Source of the DNA: Candidatus Nanohaloarchaea archaeon | Lineage (GTDB): Archaea > Nanohalarchaeota > Nanosalinia > Nanosalinales > Nanosalinaceae | Length of the DNA: 64,000 nt | NCBI GenBank assembly: GCA_042218325.1 | Contig: JBDGRE010000001.1 | Span: 100,356-164,355, forward strand | Reading direction: 5' to 3' | In this document: positions 27,197 through 37,070 of the stretch, in pieces | Layout: every line of letters starts with the position of its first letter | Position numbering within the stretch: the stretch's first letter is position 1 | Notes under the pieces: generated by a model | The model's database searches: none | Told to the model about the DNA's origin: nothing | Seen by the model: the letters and a program-made list of their open reading frames with translations, nothing else | Program-made: the position numbers and the translations under genes

Positions 27197-28462
27197 ATGA
27201 TAGAGTTAGTTATTCTCGCCGTCTACGGGCTCGTGCTTTACACGTCGGCCTTCCTTTTCCTGACACTTATCGAGTCGGACACGGTGAAATCCGAGGTCGA
27301 AGAGCCGGATGAGTGGCCCTCTCTTACCGTCGCGATACCGGCCTACAACGAGGAGGACACTCTTGCCAAGACCATCGACTCTGTTCTTGCGGCTGACTAC
27401 CCCCGGGAAGAACTCCAGGTCATAGTGGTTGACGACGGCAGCTCCGACAGCACGCGGGAGATCGGGGAAAGGTACCAGGAAGAGGGCAAGATAAACTTCA
27501 TACACCAGGAGAACCGCGGTAAAGGCGGCGCGCTCAACACTGCGCTTGAGGCCTGCGACACGGAGCTGTTCGCGTGTGTGGACGCTGATTCCAGCCTCCG
27601 GGAGCACAGCCTCAAGAACGTGGTATCGCGCATGGACGGGGAGACCGCCGCAGTCGCCTCCGCGATGAAAGTGGAGGAGCCGGAGAGCATGCTGCAGAAG
27701 ATACAGATGGTCGAGTACATAGTCAACGTCTTCTCGAGGAAGCTGTTCCAGATGATAGACTCCATCCACGTCACCCCTGGACCCCTGAGCGTATACCGCA
27801 GGGAGGCCATAGAGAGTATCGGCGGTTTCGACGAGGACTCCCGCGTGGAAGACCAGGAGATATGCTTCAGGCTCCAGAAGCAGCACGAGAAGCTCAAGAC
27901 CGCCCGGGACGGCGAGGTCTATACTGTTTCGCCGGATAACTTCCGCGATTACTACCGGCAGAGACGCAGGTGGTACGCCGGCACGTTCGAGACGCTGATA
28001 AAACACCGCGACATGGTGTTCAACCGTGAGTACGGCGACTTCGGGATGTTCGTGATGCCCTCGAAGGTCGTCCACCCGCTGGTCTCCATCTTCGGCCTTT
28101 TCCTGATAACCTACACGATGCTAAGACCTGTCGCCAGCCTACTAATAGATGTCGCGAAACTCGGGACCGACGCGCTTGCGCTCGGCTTCGCGCTGACGCC
28201 CTCGGCTATAGCGAACGTCCTCAAGTGGCAGTTGCTGAGCGTGGACTACACCATGCTAACCGCGTTGACCGGCCTCGCGATATTCTCGGTGTCCATGGTG
28301 TACCTTGCCACGGTCCACGTAGAGGAGTCACTGAGAGACCTCGGCATCATACCGGCAATAATCTACGTCTTCTGGTTCTTCATCATAGTCGGCTTCATGT
28401 CCCTCGTATCTATAATAGTGGTCGCGAGGAATTACCTGACGGGCAGTGAGCTCACATGGTAA
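27197..28462 (+). CDS. Processive membrane GT2 glycosyltransferase
   Basis: PAYNEE, DDGS, GKGGALN, DAD, ED, QRRRW and C-terminal TM segments. Confidence 0.9.
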   Translation: MIELVILAVYGLVLYTSAFLFLTLIESDTVKSEVEEPDEWPSLTVAIPAYNEEDTLAKTIDSVLAADYPREELQVIVVDDGSSDSTREIGERYQEEGKINFIHQENRGKGGALNTALEACDTELFACVDADSSLREHSLKNVVSRMDGETAAVASAMKVEEPESMLQKIQMVEYIVNVFSRKLFQMIDSIHVTPGPLSVYRREAIESIGGFDEDSRVEDQEICFRLQKQHEKLKTARDGEVYTVSPDNFRDYYRQRRRWYAGTFETLIKHRDMVFNREYGDFGMFVMPSKVVHPLVSIFGLFLITYTMLRPVASLLIDVAKLGTDALALGFALTPSAIANVLKWQLLSVDYTMLTALTGLAIFSVSMVYLATVHVEESLRDLGIIPAIIYVFWFFIIVGFMSLVSIIVVARNYLTGSELTW

Positions 28463-29847
28463 GCCTTGAAGATACAGGACTCGTTGACCGGCTCGCGGTC
28501 ACGCTTATAGCGGTTTTCGCCGTGGGACAGCTCGCAGTCCTTACGGAGGCGTGGAGCAAACCGTTGCTCTGGGACTCTTCCGTCTACCTGGCGATGGGCA
28601 AGTGGCTGTTCTCGCTCGGCGATTACGGCTTCTGGGAGAACTTCCGCCCCCCCGTACTGCCCCTATTGACCGGGCTCTGGTGGAAGGCAGGCCTGCCGTT
28701 CGAGAGCCTGAGACTGCTCTCGACAGGTATCGCCACCGCAGGACTTGCAGCCGTCTACCGGATGTCGGGAAGGCTGTTCGGGAAGACAGAGGCCCTGTTC
28801 GCAACAGGTATACTGGCGGCAAGCCACACGTACTTTTTCTTCTCTCTCAATCCCCTGACAGGTATCCTCGCCTCTATACTCGTGTTCGCCGGCCTGTACC
28901 TCGTCGAGGCACAGCGTTACACCTTCGCCGGGGTCGTCCTCTCGGTGGCGTTCCTGACCCGTTTCCCGGCCGCCATAGCCGGGCCTGCGGCAGTGCTCTA
29001 CATCGTCCTGGAAGGTTATTCCGAGGGCGAACTCCGGGAAGCCGTCGAGAACTCGGCCCGGCTGACCGCTGGCTTCTTTACGGTCGACGCGGCCTACCTC
29101 GCGGTGCAGTACTGGTTCTTCGGCAGCATGCTGTCCCCGTTCCTCAGGAGCGCCTCTATAACTGCTGGCGCCGGCAGCAAATACCTCTACGGCCTTGCTT
29201 ACTTCGTGAAGATGGTGAAGGCCGGGCCACTGATGGCCCTCATACCTCTCGGGATATACGCCGTTTTGAGAGGCAGGAAGTGGAAGTACGGCGGTTTTCT
29301 CGTGTCCCTGCTGCTTTTCTACGGTTTCTTCACTCTGTTCCCGCTGAAGATAGCGAGGTACACCCTCCTTTTCCTCCCTCTTGCGTCGCTTTTCGCGGGA
29401 CACGCCGCAGCCAGTATGATGGATAGAGTGGAGCTGGACCGTTCGCTCGCGTTCAGGGCAGCTGTACTGTTGCTGGCAGGTCTCGTGGCATGGAACGCCT
29501 TGAACGGCTACAAGGCGTACAACTGGGACGCGGTGGAACAGCAGCAGTTCTTCTCCTCGGTCTCTGGACTCGACGGCGACGTTGTGGCCTCCAACGAACC
29601 GCGTGTCAACCTGTACGGTGACTTCCGGTACCACCCGACGCCGCCCTCTGAGCTATCTGAACTTATACAGCAGCACGGCAGCGAGATAGACCACTGGGCC
29701 ATCAACGGCCGCTACTGGGACTGCCGCGGGTACCCCGACTGCGAGGAGAACATAGCGGAACTGGAGTCTTACCTCGAAAGGAACTACGTGGTGTCTTCAA
29801 AAATCTTGGCCGGTAGCCACAACTATACCATATACTCAAGGAGATGA
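28456..29847 (+). CDS. GT-C fold (ArnT/PMT-like) glycosyltransferase
   Basis: WDSSVY...RPPVLP, AFLTRF, K.ARY; many TM segments plus a C-terminal extracellular domain. Confidence 0.8.
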   Translation: MVSLEDTGLVDRLAVTLIAVFAVGQLAVLTEAWSKPLLWDSSVYLAMGKWLFSLGDYGFWENFRPPVLPLLTGLWWKAGLPFESLRLLSTGIATAGLAAVYRMSGRLFGKTEALFATGILAASHTYFFFSLNPLTGILASILVFAGLYLVEAQRYTFAGVVLSVAFLTRFPAAIAGPAAVLYIVLEGYSEGELREAVENSARLTAGFFTVDAAYLAVQYWFFGSMLSPFLRSASITAGAGSKYLYGLAYFVKMVKAGPLMALIPLGIYAVLRGRKWKYGGFLVSLLLFYGFFTLFPLKIARYTLLFLPLASLFAGHAAASMMDRVELDRSLAFRAAVLLLAGLVAWNALNGYKAYNWDAVEQQQFFSSVSGLDGDVVASNEPRVNLYGDFRYHPTPPSELSELIQQHGSEIDHWAINGRYWDCRGYPDCEENIAELESYLERNYVVSSKILAGSHNYTIYSRR

Positions 29848-29851
29848 GCAG

Positions 29852-30523
29852 ATGAGAGAGATACAGAGATACCGGTACCTCGTCGCGGCGCTCCTGACTG
29901 TCATAATGTTCACGATGGGCGTTCTCGTGAGCAACTTCGTCGACGACGCACGAACCAGCTCGTTGCATAGCGAGATACAGCAGGACCTCGTGGAGATAGA
30001 GAGCAAGCAGCTGCAGCTGACCTACCTGAAGTCGGGAGAGGTACAGTCGTGCGACGTGCTGAAGGCCGGGCTGAACAACATAGTAAGCGGCTACAACAGG
30101 AGGCTGGGCAACCTGCAGCAGTACAAAGAGGAGAGCGTCCTGCAGGAGCAAAGGTTCAAGACCATAAGGGACAGGTACATCCTCTCGGGTATCCGTTACT
30201 GGATGTTCGCCCAGGATCTCCGGCAGCGCTGCGACTACAGCCCCGATACGGTGCTATTCTTCGCCAACAGTCTCGACCAGAACGACAGCGAACAGAACCA
30301 GAGGCAGGCCCGGCAGCTGACACTCCTGAAAAAAGAGAGGAGGTCCCAGATCCTGATATTCACCATCCCCCGCAACATGGAGGACGGCATGGTCAAGATC
30401 CTTGAGAGACAGTACAACGTCACAGAATCTCCCACCCTGGTGCTGAATGGCGAGGAGAAGCTGGTCGGCTACCACTCCAGGAGCGAAATCCGCGAGCACC
30501 TTGACAACAGGACGGGCGGATGA
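29852..30523 (+). CDS. Membrane-anchored protein with C-terminal thioredoxin-like fold lacking CxxC
   Basis: N-terminal TM; C-terminal YNVTESPTLVLNG...GY resembles the thioredoxin cis-Pro region. Confidence 0.6.
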   Translation: MREIQRYRYLVAALLTVIMFTMGVLVSNFVDDARTSSLHSEIQQDLVEIESKQLQLTYLKSGEVQSCDVLKAGLNNIVSGYNRRLGNLQQYKEESVLQEQRFKTIRDRYILSGIRYWMFAQDLRQRCDYSPDTVLFFANSLDQNDSEQNQRQARQLTLLKKERRSQILIFTIPRNMEDGMVKILERQYNVTESPTLVLNGEEKLVGYHSRSEIREHLDNRTGG

Positions 30524-30795
30524 ACGACATCCACTTACTCCTTATAGTGGCTGTGGCGGGCTTATCAGTTGGGTTCGCGGCCTTCTACCTCTCGCAGCAG
30601 AAAGGCTACTGCCAGCAGGTCGAGGAAGAGATAAGGGCGAACCAGTCGTTCAACGGCACCATCGCATGCTATCCGCCCGGCAAGGTCGATGTCAACGTCA
30701 GCGACGCTATCGAGAACCGGACGGAACTGAGATGCGTCTGCGAGAAGAGCTACATGGGCCGGACCCAGATATTTACAATAAACGTCGCCCGCTAG
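30520..30795 (+). CDS. Small membrane-anchored Cys-rich protein
   Basis: N-terminal TM, 4 Cys, ATGA overlap with the upstream gene. Confidence 0.65.
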   Translation: MNDIHLLLIVAVAGLSVGFAAFYLSQQKGYCQQVEEEIRANQSFNGTIACYPPGKVDVNVSDAIENRTELRCVCEKSYMGRTQIFTINVAR

Positions 30796-31679
30796 GCACG
30801 GTAGTTCCTTGATATCGAGAGCCTGTTGCTCCGACCCTCTTTCTCCTTCTTGACGACTTCTTTTTCCACCAGCCCCGACACTATACCCGATATCTTGGCC
30901 TTCGAGTAATCCATGGACGCCACGACATCCTTCTGGAGCATGCTGCCCTCGTTCTCCCGGAGAAGATCGAGGACCTGCTTCTCGTCCCTGTCGAGCTCGT
31001 CGTAGACGTTCTCTATATCCTCCATCTGCAGCCTGCGGTAACCGTAGTAGGCCGCGAGCGCGAGTAAAGCCGCCAGAACAGCCATGGCTGCTATCTGTGC
31101 AGGGGAGATACTGGAGGAGTAGTCCTGGTACAGTACCTGGAAGTTCAGGGTCTCACCGAGCTCCGGCTGTTTCTCCCACTCCACGAATATCCTCCTGCCG
31201 TTGCTTCCGGTTTCGGCTCCTGGCGGTGATATTACCGGGCTGGAGACGTTCCTGTCCTCCAGCAGGCCCGCGCCTTTCGGGAGCACTACGCGCAGTCTGT
31301 ACTCCTCCGTCGGCCTGTAAAAATTCTGGCTGTACCTGAAAATCGTTGTGCGCTGCCGTGTGCTCAGGAGCTCGCTGGCCTGGAATTCGAGGTCGACGGT
31401 GAAGTTCGCTCTTCTCTGCGGGTCACACTGTATCTCCGAGCCGACCTGCAGTGGCGTGACATCGCAGGGTATGCTGGTACCGTTCACCTCGGCCTCGACG
31501 TCTCTGACAGGATAGTTGGTCAGGTAGCTTAGTCTCTCCGAGGTGAGCTCTCCTACCTGCAGCTCTACCTCTACCTCGCTGGTGGCGAGATCTATCCGCA
31601 CTTCCTCGCTCTCTATAGTCGTCGCGGCGGCCGACGCTACGAAGAAAATGGTGAAACACGCCGCTATGAACTTTCTCAT
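30792..31679 (-). CDS. Membrane protein: extracellular beta domain + TM + cytoplasmic winged HTH
   Basis: Signal peptide; C-terminal DEKQVLDLL...QKDVV...YSKAKIS.IV..L...KEKEGRSN. Confidence 0.8.
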   Translation of the reverse strand: MRKFIAACFTIFFVASAAATTIESEEVRIDLATSEVEVELQVGELTSERLSYLTNYPVRDVEAEVNGTSIPCDVTPLQVGSEIQCDPQRRANFTVDLEFQASELLSTRQRTTIFRYSQNFYRPTEEYRLRVVLPKGAGLLEDRNVSSPVISPPGAETGSNGRRIFVEWEKQPELGETLNFQVLYQDYSSSISPAQIAAMAVLAALLALAAYYGYRRLQMEDIENVYDELDRDEKQVLDLLRENEGSMLQKDVVASMDYSKAKISGIVSGLVEKEVVKKEKEGRSNRLSISRNYRA

Positions 31680-31711
31680 GTGTGTATTCCCGTCTCGGAG
31701 TGTTAAATACA

Positions 31712-32110
31712 TTATTCGCCGGACTTCGATATCAGCACTCCACCGGGCCCCATCTGGGCGTACTGGTGCATCGTGTTGGCGACGTTCTGGAGAGAGTCCT
31801 GCATCTCGCGCATCGACATCTCGTATTTCTCGGGGCCCTCTATCTGGACGTAGGTCGGGCCGTAGTTGATGACCGTCTCGACAGTGCGGTCGAACCCTTC
31901 CACCTCTACCCTTATCTCTGCCACCTGGGAGAAACCCTTGTCGAGGCCTGGATGGGGGTCCTTGACCTCCGAGACATCGTCTATCTCGGATTCGACTATA
32001 TCTATGTCATCCTCGGTTTCAAGCATCTCGATGTGGTCCTCAAGAGAATCCTTGAGCGATCCCTCGTCAGGAGCGACCGCCTCGAATACCATCCAGAGCT
32101 GTATCGCCAT
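31712..32110 (-). CDS. Hypothetical protein (about 132 aa)
   Basis: Acidic ORF from MAIQLWMVFE with TATA upstream; the longer track start overlaps the opposite gene. Confidence 0.7.
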   Translation of the reverse strand: MAIQLWMVFEAVAPDEGSLKDSLEDHIEMLETEDDIDIVESEIDDVSEVKDPHPGLDKGFSQVAEIRVEVEGFDRTVETVINYGPTYVQIEGPEKYEMSMREMQDSLQNVANTMHQYAQMGPGGVLISKSGE

Positions 32111-32188
32111 AAACTTTCCCGCGAGCCCTACCTTTAAACTGGTATCGCCGTGGAACCGTTTTAAACAAGAGCAGACGAGTTTTAAACC

Positions 32189-32629
32189 ATGGGCACGAGG
32201 AAGAAAATCGACGAGATAAAGGTCAAGATGGAGGACGCCCGCCGCCACTACGGTGTCGACCAGAGAGAGCTCGGCAAGCTGATGATCGTCGTCTCGACCA
32301 CATTGCTCGTGGTGTCCGCCCACGCGGCCCTGAGCTTCCGTAGCGCCGCGGAATCAGTGGAGTCGTTGAACAGCGAGCTCGACACTGTTTCTGGAATAGT
32401 GAACTCTCCCAACTTCCAGACCGCGGTCGATGTCATAAGCTCCCTGAACAGCCAGGCCGTAACGCAGCAGGTGAACGCGCTGACAAGCGCGATGCAAGGC
32501 CTCGAAAGCTCGGTGCAGAGTTCGCGGGAGGTCGAACAGTCCCTGAGAGACCGTTACGAGATGTACCAGTGGCTGGCGCTTGTCGCGGTCATGGGAGAGG
32601 TCGCCGGCTTCTCGATAATCTACCTGTAG
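32189..32629 (+). CDS. Two-TM helical membrane protein
   Basis: TM - coiled segment - TM. Confidence 0.7.
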   Translation: MGTRKKIDEIKVKMEDARRHYGVDQRELGKLMIVVSTTLLVVSAHAALSFRSAAESVESLNSELDTVSGIVNSPNFQTAVDVISSLNSQAVTQQVNALTSAMQGLESSVQSSREVEQSLRDRYEMYQWLALVAVMGEVAGFSIIYL

Positions 32630-32666
32630 CGATAGATAATTAAGACTCCAGAGAGCTATCTACGAT

Positions 32667-34007
32667 ATGGAAAGGTCCTCCGGTGCCTTTTTCGCTGTCT
32701 TTATCCTGCTAATGGCGGCGGGTGCATCCGCGAGAACCACGTTCGGCACAGGTACCGGTGAACCGCTGCCTAACATCACATCGCTATCGATCTACGACGT
32801 AACAGGGCTCTCCAGCAGCCAGAAAGAGACCGGTGGAACGCTGGAGGACTCTGGTATAAACGAGACGTTCTTGGTCAACCAGTCTGACTACGACCGCGTC
32901 TACAGGTTCTCCTTCAGGATAAGGAACGACGGCGACACGACCTGGTATGTAAACGATACCTCGAGCGACGTGATGTTCCACGACGGCCTCGACACATCGT
33001 GGAGCGTCACCAAGATCTGGTACAACATCTCGCAGGACTACGACTCCGGAACCTTCAAATCGGGCAAGGTCGACTGGAACACCTCGAAGGGCGGCTCGCT
33101 ATCGCCGGGGGGAGTGATGTACGCCAAGTATCTGGTCAACATCTCGCTTTCCCAGTCATCTAGCTACTTCCAGCAGTTCAAGGTGAACGAGACGCTGGAG
33201 AACGCGGGCAGCTACGACTACCACATCCTGGACGCGAACAGGCTCGGCTTCCTGAACCTCACCCTGCAGGAGCCACCCAACGATACGGTGGTGGTTCAGA
33301 ACGAGACCTTTATCCAGAACGTATCTGTTACCTGTGAAAAGGGAGAATGCGGAACCGTAACGGTTTCTCCCCGTTACAATAAGTCATCGAGTGCGGACAC
33401 TCTGATACCCGGGTCCTCTGGAAATCCTTTCTATACAAATAGCTCGAACCTGCAGACCTGCGCTTCATCGCTTACGAAGGACGAGACTTGCTTCTCAACT
33501 TGGTTCGTCAACTCTACAGGAACCCTCGAATCTTGGCATCTTCTTGACGGAAATGCCTCTTCCTCCTACAGCCGGGTTCAACAAAACGACTCCGAGGACC
33601 ATCTGGTGCAGATAAATAAAGCGCTGATATTCGATCTCACCTGGAACACCAACCGTTTCGGAGTCCTCGACCCGGGTTCGCAGAACAACTCGGCGCTCGG
33701 CAACAATGACCTCGAGTACAACCTGACTGTCGACGAGGACTCGGAGCCGATAGACAAGCTCTGGATAAGGTCGACCGCTCTGGAGAACCAGACCTCCGGT
33801 TACTACATCAACGCTTCCAACATGAGCTACTCGACCACGAACGATATTGCGACCGAGAACTTCTTCTCGACCAGCTACGAGCTCGTCATGACCGATATCA
33901 GTCCGGGTACCATCATCAACTTCTTCTTCTGGATGGATGTCCCTACAGGCATCAAGAAAGGAGGCTACAACGGCACCTACTACTTCAAGGTGAACTCGAC
34001 CGGGTGA
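32667..34007 (+). CDS. Secreted multi-domain glycoprotein ending in a WxL/pilin-like beta-sandwich (putative tip subunit)
   Basis: Signal peptide, many NxS/T sequons, no C-terminal anchor; ends FWMDVPTGIKKGGYNGTYYFKVNS. Confidence 0.75.
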   Translation: MERSSGAFFAVFILLMAAGASARTTFGTGTGEPLPNITSLSIYDVTGLSSSQKETGGTLEDSGINETFLVNQSDYDRVYRFSFRIRNDGDTTWYVNDTSSDVMFHDGLDTSWSVTKIWYNISQDYDSGTFKSGKVDWNTSKGGSLSPGGVMYAKYLVNISLSQSSSYFQQFKVNETLENAGSYDYHILDANRLGFLNLTLQEPPNDTVVVQNETFIQNVSVTCEKGECGTVTVSPRYNKSSSADTLIPGSSGNPFYTNSSNLQTCASSLTKDETCFSTWFVNSTGTLESWHLLDGNASSSYSRVQQNDSEDHLVQINKALIFDLTWNTNRFGVLDPGSQNNSALGNNDLEYNLTVDEDSEPIDKLWIRSTALENQTSGYYINASNMSYSTTNDIATENFFSTSYELVMTDISPGTIINFFFWMDVPTGIKKGGYNGTYYFKVNSTG

Positions 34008-34011
34008 GAAA

Positions 34012-34701
34012 GTGAGGAAGCAGCTGTATCCTACAATTGTTCTCCTCCTGCTTCTCCCTGCTGCAGTTTCCTTCGGTTCCTTCCCGGTCCAGAGCCAGAA
34101 AACTACAGAAGACCTCAAGGCGAACTTCACCCTGGGCCTGATCAATCCGGGAAACGATACCGCAAGAGTAAACCTGCGCGCACGAGAATCACCTGATTAT
34201 GGTGTCGAATTTCCTGACTCGAGTTTCCTGCTCGAGCCAACACCGGTCTCCAGGAACCCACGGGGAAGCGGATGGTACCATCTCGGCGATGGAAGATACG
34301 TGAAGGTCAGGTACATGGAGTTCAGGGTGGAGGCCAGCGAGAACCGTAGCTCCAACAGCCTCTCGGTATCTGTAACCGTGGCCGCGTCCGCAGGTACCGA
34401 AGAGGGGCAGGGTTCCTCCAGCCGGGTTGTCTACGTTAGAGAGCACAGTTTCGACCTCGAAGTTGAGAGAAAGATCGAGGAAGACGGGGGAAGCAGCCCG
34501 GAGTGGATAGAGATAGAAGATGGGAACCGCTCAGGTATCCGGAGCAACCGGACTGCTGCCGGGAACGGTTCCGAGTCCGGGAAGAACTATAAACCGGGCG
34601 GAGAAAGTAAAAGCACGGGGGAATCGGGGGCTAACGGCACGACTTTCGTGCTGCTACTGGCGGTGTTGATGATGGCAGCTTACACTTACCGGGTGGCCTG
34701 A
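34012..34701 (+). CDS. Secreted Ig-like protein with C-terminal TM anchor
   Basis: Signal peptide, beta-rich domain, Gly/Ser/Glu linker, terminal TM. Confidence 0.75.
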   Translation: MRKQLYPTIVLLLLLPAAVSFGSFPVQSQKTTEDLKANFTLGLINPGNDTARVNLRARESPDYGVEFPDSSFLLEPTPVSRNPRGSGWYHLGDGRYVKVRYMEFRVEASENRSSNSLSVSVTVAASAGTEEGQGSSSRVVYVREHSFDLEVERKIEEDGGSSPEWIEIEDGNRSGIRSNRTAAGNGSESGKNYKPGGESKSTGESGANGTTFVLLLAVLMMAAYTYRVA

Positions 34702-36546
34702 ATGGGCAGGAGACAGTACTTGCTGGTACTAGTTCCGGTGTTGCTCTTCACGGGCCCGGCCCTGACCGCGAGCTCGGATACCAGCGGCGATGGAACTGTG
34801 GGCGTGAGTATCGACAGGATCTGCCAGGTGGAGCAGAACGAGTTCGAACCACCGGGAGAAGAAACCTTCACGGTCGACAACAGCACGTACACACTTAACG
34901 CGATCGGAGTAAACGAGACAGGGGAATTCCTCTTCGATTTCTACAACACTGGCAACCGGAACGCAACAGTAACTGTCAACCTGACGGTTACTAACGAGAC
35001 CGATTTCTGGACTCCTGGAGAACCGAAGGGTAACTTCGTCAACCTCTCGAAGCAGGAAGAACTGGTCAAAGAATCATACGAGCCTTTCACGGTGCAGACC
35101 ACTTACTACATACCGCCGGGCGAGCTGGCCATCGGCAACACGTTCTACCTGATGACCAAGCTTTTCCAGGCCCAGTACCCGCCCGGCTTCTACGCAGGGA
35201 GGCTTAACATCAACTACACGTGCCCGAACCTGAACCGCAGCAAGAACATCTCTCGGCACGCCAACTTCTTGCTGGTCGAGTCCAAGATACTGACCGCGGG
35301 CGGAGAGGGCAACATAACAGGTGGAACTAAGGGAGACATACCTTCCGAGACACCTTTCCCGGCGCTGGCCAACTTCACGGGCAACCTTACGACGAACACA
35401 ACAGCTCCGAGGAGAGCCAACAAGTCAGGCAACTACACCTCGAACATCACCCGTCCCGAGGGGATCAGCGACCAGGGCAACTACTCCACCAACCAGACCG
35501 CCTACAGGGAGGACACGCCGCAGGGCGCGGAAGTGAACCAGACCTTCCCCGCGGACGCCAACAGGACAGGCGAAACATCGAACCAGACCGTCCAGCAGGA
35601 AGCGAACCGTACCGGCGGCCAGGGACAGACTGTACCGGGTGACAATCCTCAACCCGGTCGATCTCCAGAACCAAGGCCCCGTCTCCAGATAGACGTGGAA
35701 CCCTTCAAGAACGTTTACAGCGCCTCACCGGGCCAGTACGCTCCTGTCGCGCTTCAGGTCCAGAACCTCGGTGACACAGCGATACAGGACTTCCAGGTAA
35801 CCCCTTCGATAGGTGAGATAAGGCAGGGCTGGCAGGTGCGCTCCGCCAGCGTATCATCGATACCGGCGGGAGGGAACATCACGAGAGAGGTGTTCGTAAG
35901 ACCTCCAGCAGACGTGGCCACAGGGAAGTACGTTTCGCCGGTGGTCGCGGGCAACGGGACGGCCCGTTACGACCTCGACTACTTCACTGTCAAGGTGACC
36001 GAGCCGCCCGAGAGAAGCGCCCGTATATCGATACAGGAGTCTCCCAGCTCCGCCAGCCTGCCGACCAACTCGACCCGGAGGATACCTGTATTGGTAGAGA
36101 ACACTGGCAAGGTGCCGCTGACAGATGTCACCGCGAGGCTACAGAACGCGGAGAACTGCGCTGTCACGCGCTCCTCTACCGTGGACAGGGTGGATGTCAA
36201 CGAGACAGCTTCACTGAGCGTCGAGGTGGAGACAGCCTCCGAGGCCACGAGCTGTGACGCGCAGCTGATAGTTTCTTCCTCGGAGGGAGCCTACGCATTC
36301 GGAGATGTCCAGTTCTCGACCAGACCCGAGGGAGGTTTCATTCCTGTAAGGCAGCGCGTACCGTTCCTCGCTATAGCTTGGACGCTTGTACTTGCGGCCT
36401 ACGCTGTGCTGAAGAAACGCTATCAGCTTGAATCTGGTATCGTCAAGGCGCCGTTCGTGCTGCTGCTCACAGGAGAATCCGTCATCATCCTGTACCTCAT
36501 AGTGAACTACTACGGGTTCGTCAGCGTCGCCTTCCTGCCGTTCTGA
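34702..36546 (+). CDS. Large surface glycoprotein with CARDB/NEW3-like Ig repeats and two C-terminal TMs
   Basis: V.N.G...and PADVATGKY-type Ig motifs; internal repeats FPALANFTG/FPADANRTG; dense sequons. Confidence 0.8.
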   Translation: MGRRQYLLVLVPVLLFTGPALTASSDTSGDGTVGVSIDRICQVEQNEFEPPGEETFTVDNSTYTLNAIGVNETGEFLFDFYNTGNRNATVTVNLTVTNETDFWTPGEPKGNFVNLSKQEELVKESYEPFTVQTTYYIPPGELAIGNTFYLMTKLFQAQYPPGFYAGRLNINYTCPNLNRSKNISRHANFLLVESKILTAGGEGNITGGTKGDIPSETPFPALANFTGNLTTNTTAPRRANKSGNYTSNITRPEGISDQGNYSTNQTAYREDTPQGAEVNQTFPADANRTGETSNQTVQQEANRTGGQGQTVPGDNPQPGRSPEPRPRLQIDVEPFKNVYSASPGQYAPVALQVQNLGDTAIQDFQVTPSIGEIRQGWQVRSASVSSIPAGGNITREVFVRPPADVATGKYVSPVVAGNGTARYDLDYFTVKVTEPPERSARISIQESPSSASLPTNSTRRIPVLVENTGKVPLTDVTARLQNAENCAVTRSSTVDRVDVNETASLSVEVETASEATSCDAQLIVSSSEGAYAFGDVQFSTRPEGGFIPVRQRVPFLAIAWTLVLAAYAVLKKRYQLESGIVKAPFVLLLTGESVIILYLIVNYYGFVSVAFLPF

Positions 36547-37070
36547 CCCGCGAGCATCTCCACGCCGGAAAGGCTCACGGCCAACACAACCAGTATAAAG
36601 GCCAGGGAAACTGGCAGGGCCCAGCTCCTGCTGACTTCAGCTACGGACAGGAAGCTCTCCACGTCACCCTCGGAACCGATGGTGAGAAGTATCGACATCA
36701 GCATACCGGTTCCCGCCGCGGCGAGCGTATTGGCGCGGAAACTCTTCAACCTGCTGGCCGCCACGATAGCACCCCAGCCTGCCACGAGCGTGGAAAGGTA
36801 CCCCAGTGAGTAGAAGACGAGCAGGAACCCGTCGGATGGTGTGCATAAGGGCCGGACGATGGCGTGGGCCCCTCCCACGAAACTGAAACCTATCTCGGTG
36901 CTGTACGGGCACCCGATCAGCCACAGGGGCAGCACGTGGAAGAGTTCGTGTATGAACTGTCCTATCAACAGGAAGGATGCCAGGAACGTGGCTGACACGG
37001 TCACGTGGGAAAGTATCTTCCTGCGCTTCCGGGAGCTTTCAAGGTCTTTCAGGTGTTTCTCCGGCAGCAT
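36510..37070 (-). CDS. Membrane HExxH metallopeptidase (M50-like)
   Basis: IHELFH at the end of TM1 and a downstream GD; last gene of the MoxR operon. Confidence 0.6.
   Translation of the reverse strand: MLPEKHLKDLESSRKRRKILSHVTVSATFLASFLLIGQFIHELFHVLPLWLIGCPYSTEIGFSFVGGAHAIVRPLCTPSDGFLLVFYSLGYLSTLVAGWGAIVAASRLKSFRANTLAAAGTGMLMSILLTIGSEGDVESFLSVAEVSRSWALPVSLAFILVVLAVSLSGVEMLAGQNGRKATLTNP

Noticed and set aside
36188-36198. AGGGTGGATGT inside a CDS, resembling the dispersed motif
   Set aside because: Lacks the T-run tail and is explained by the codons for RVDV
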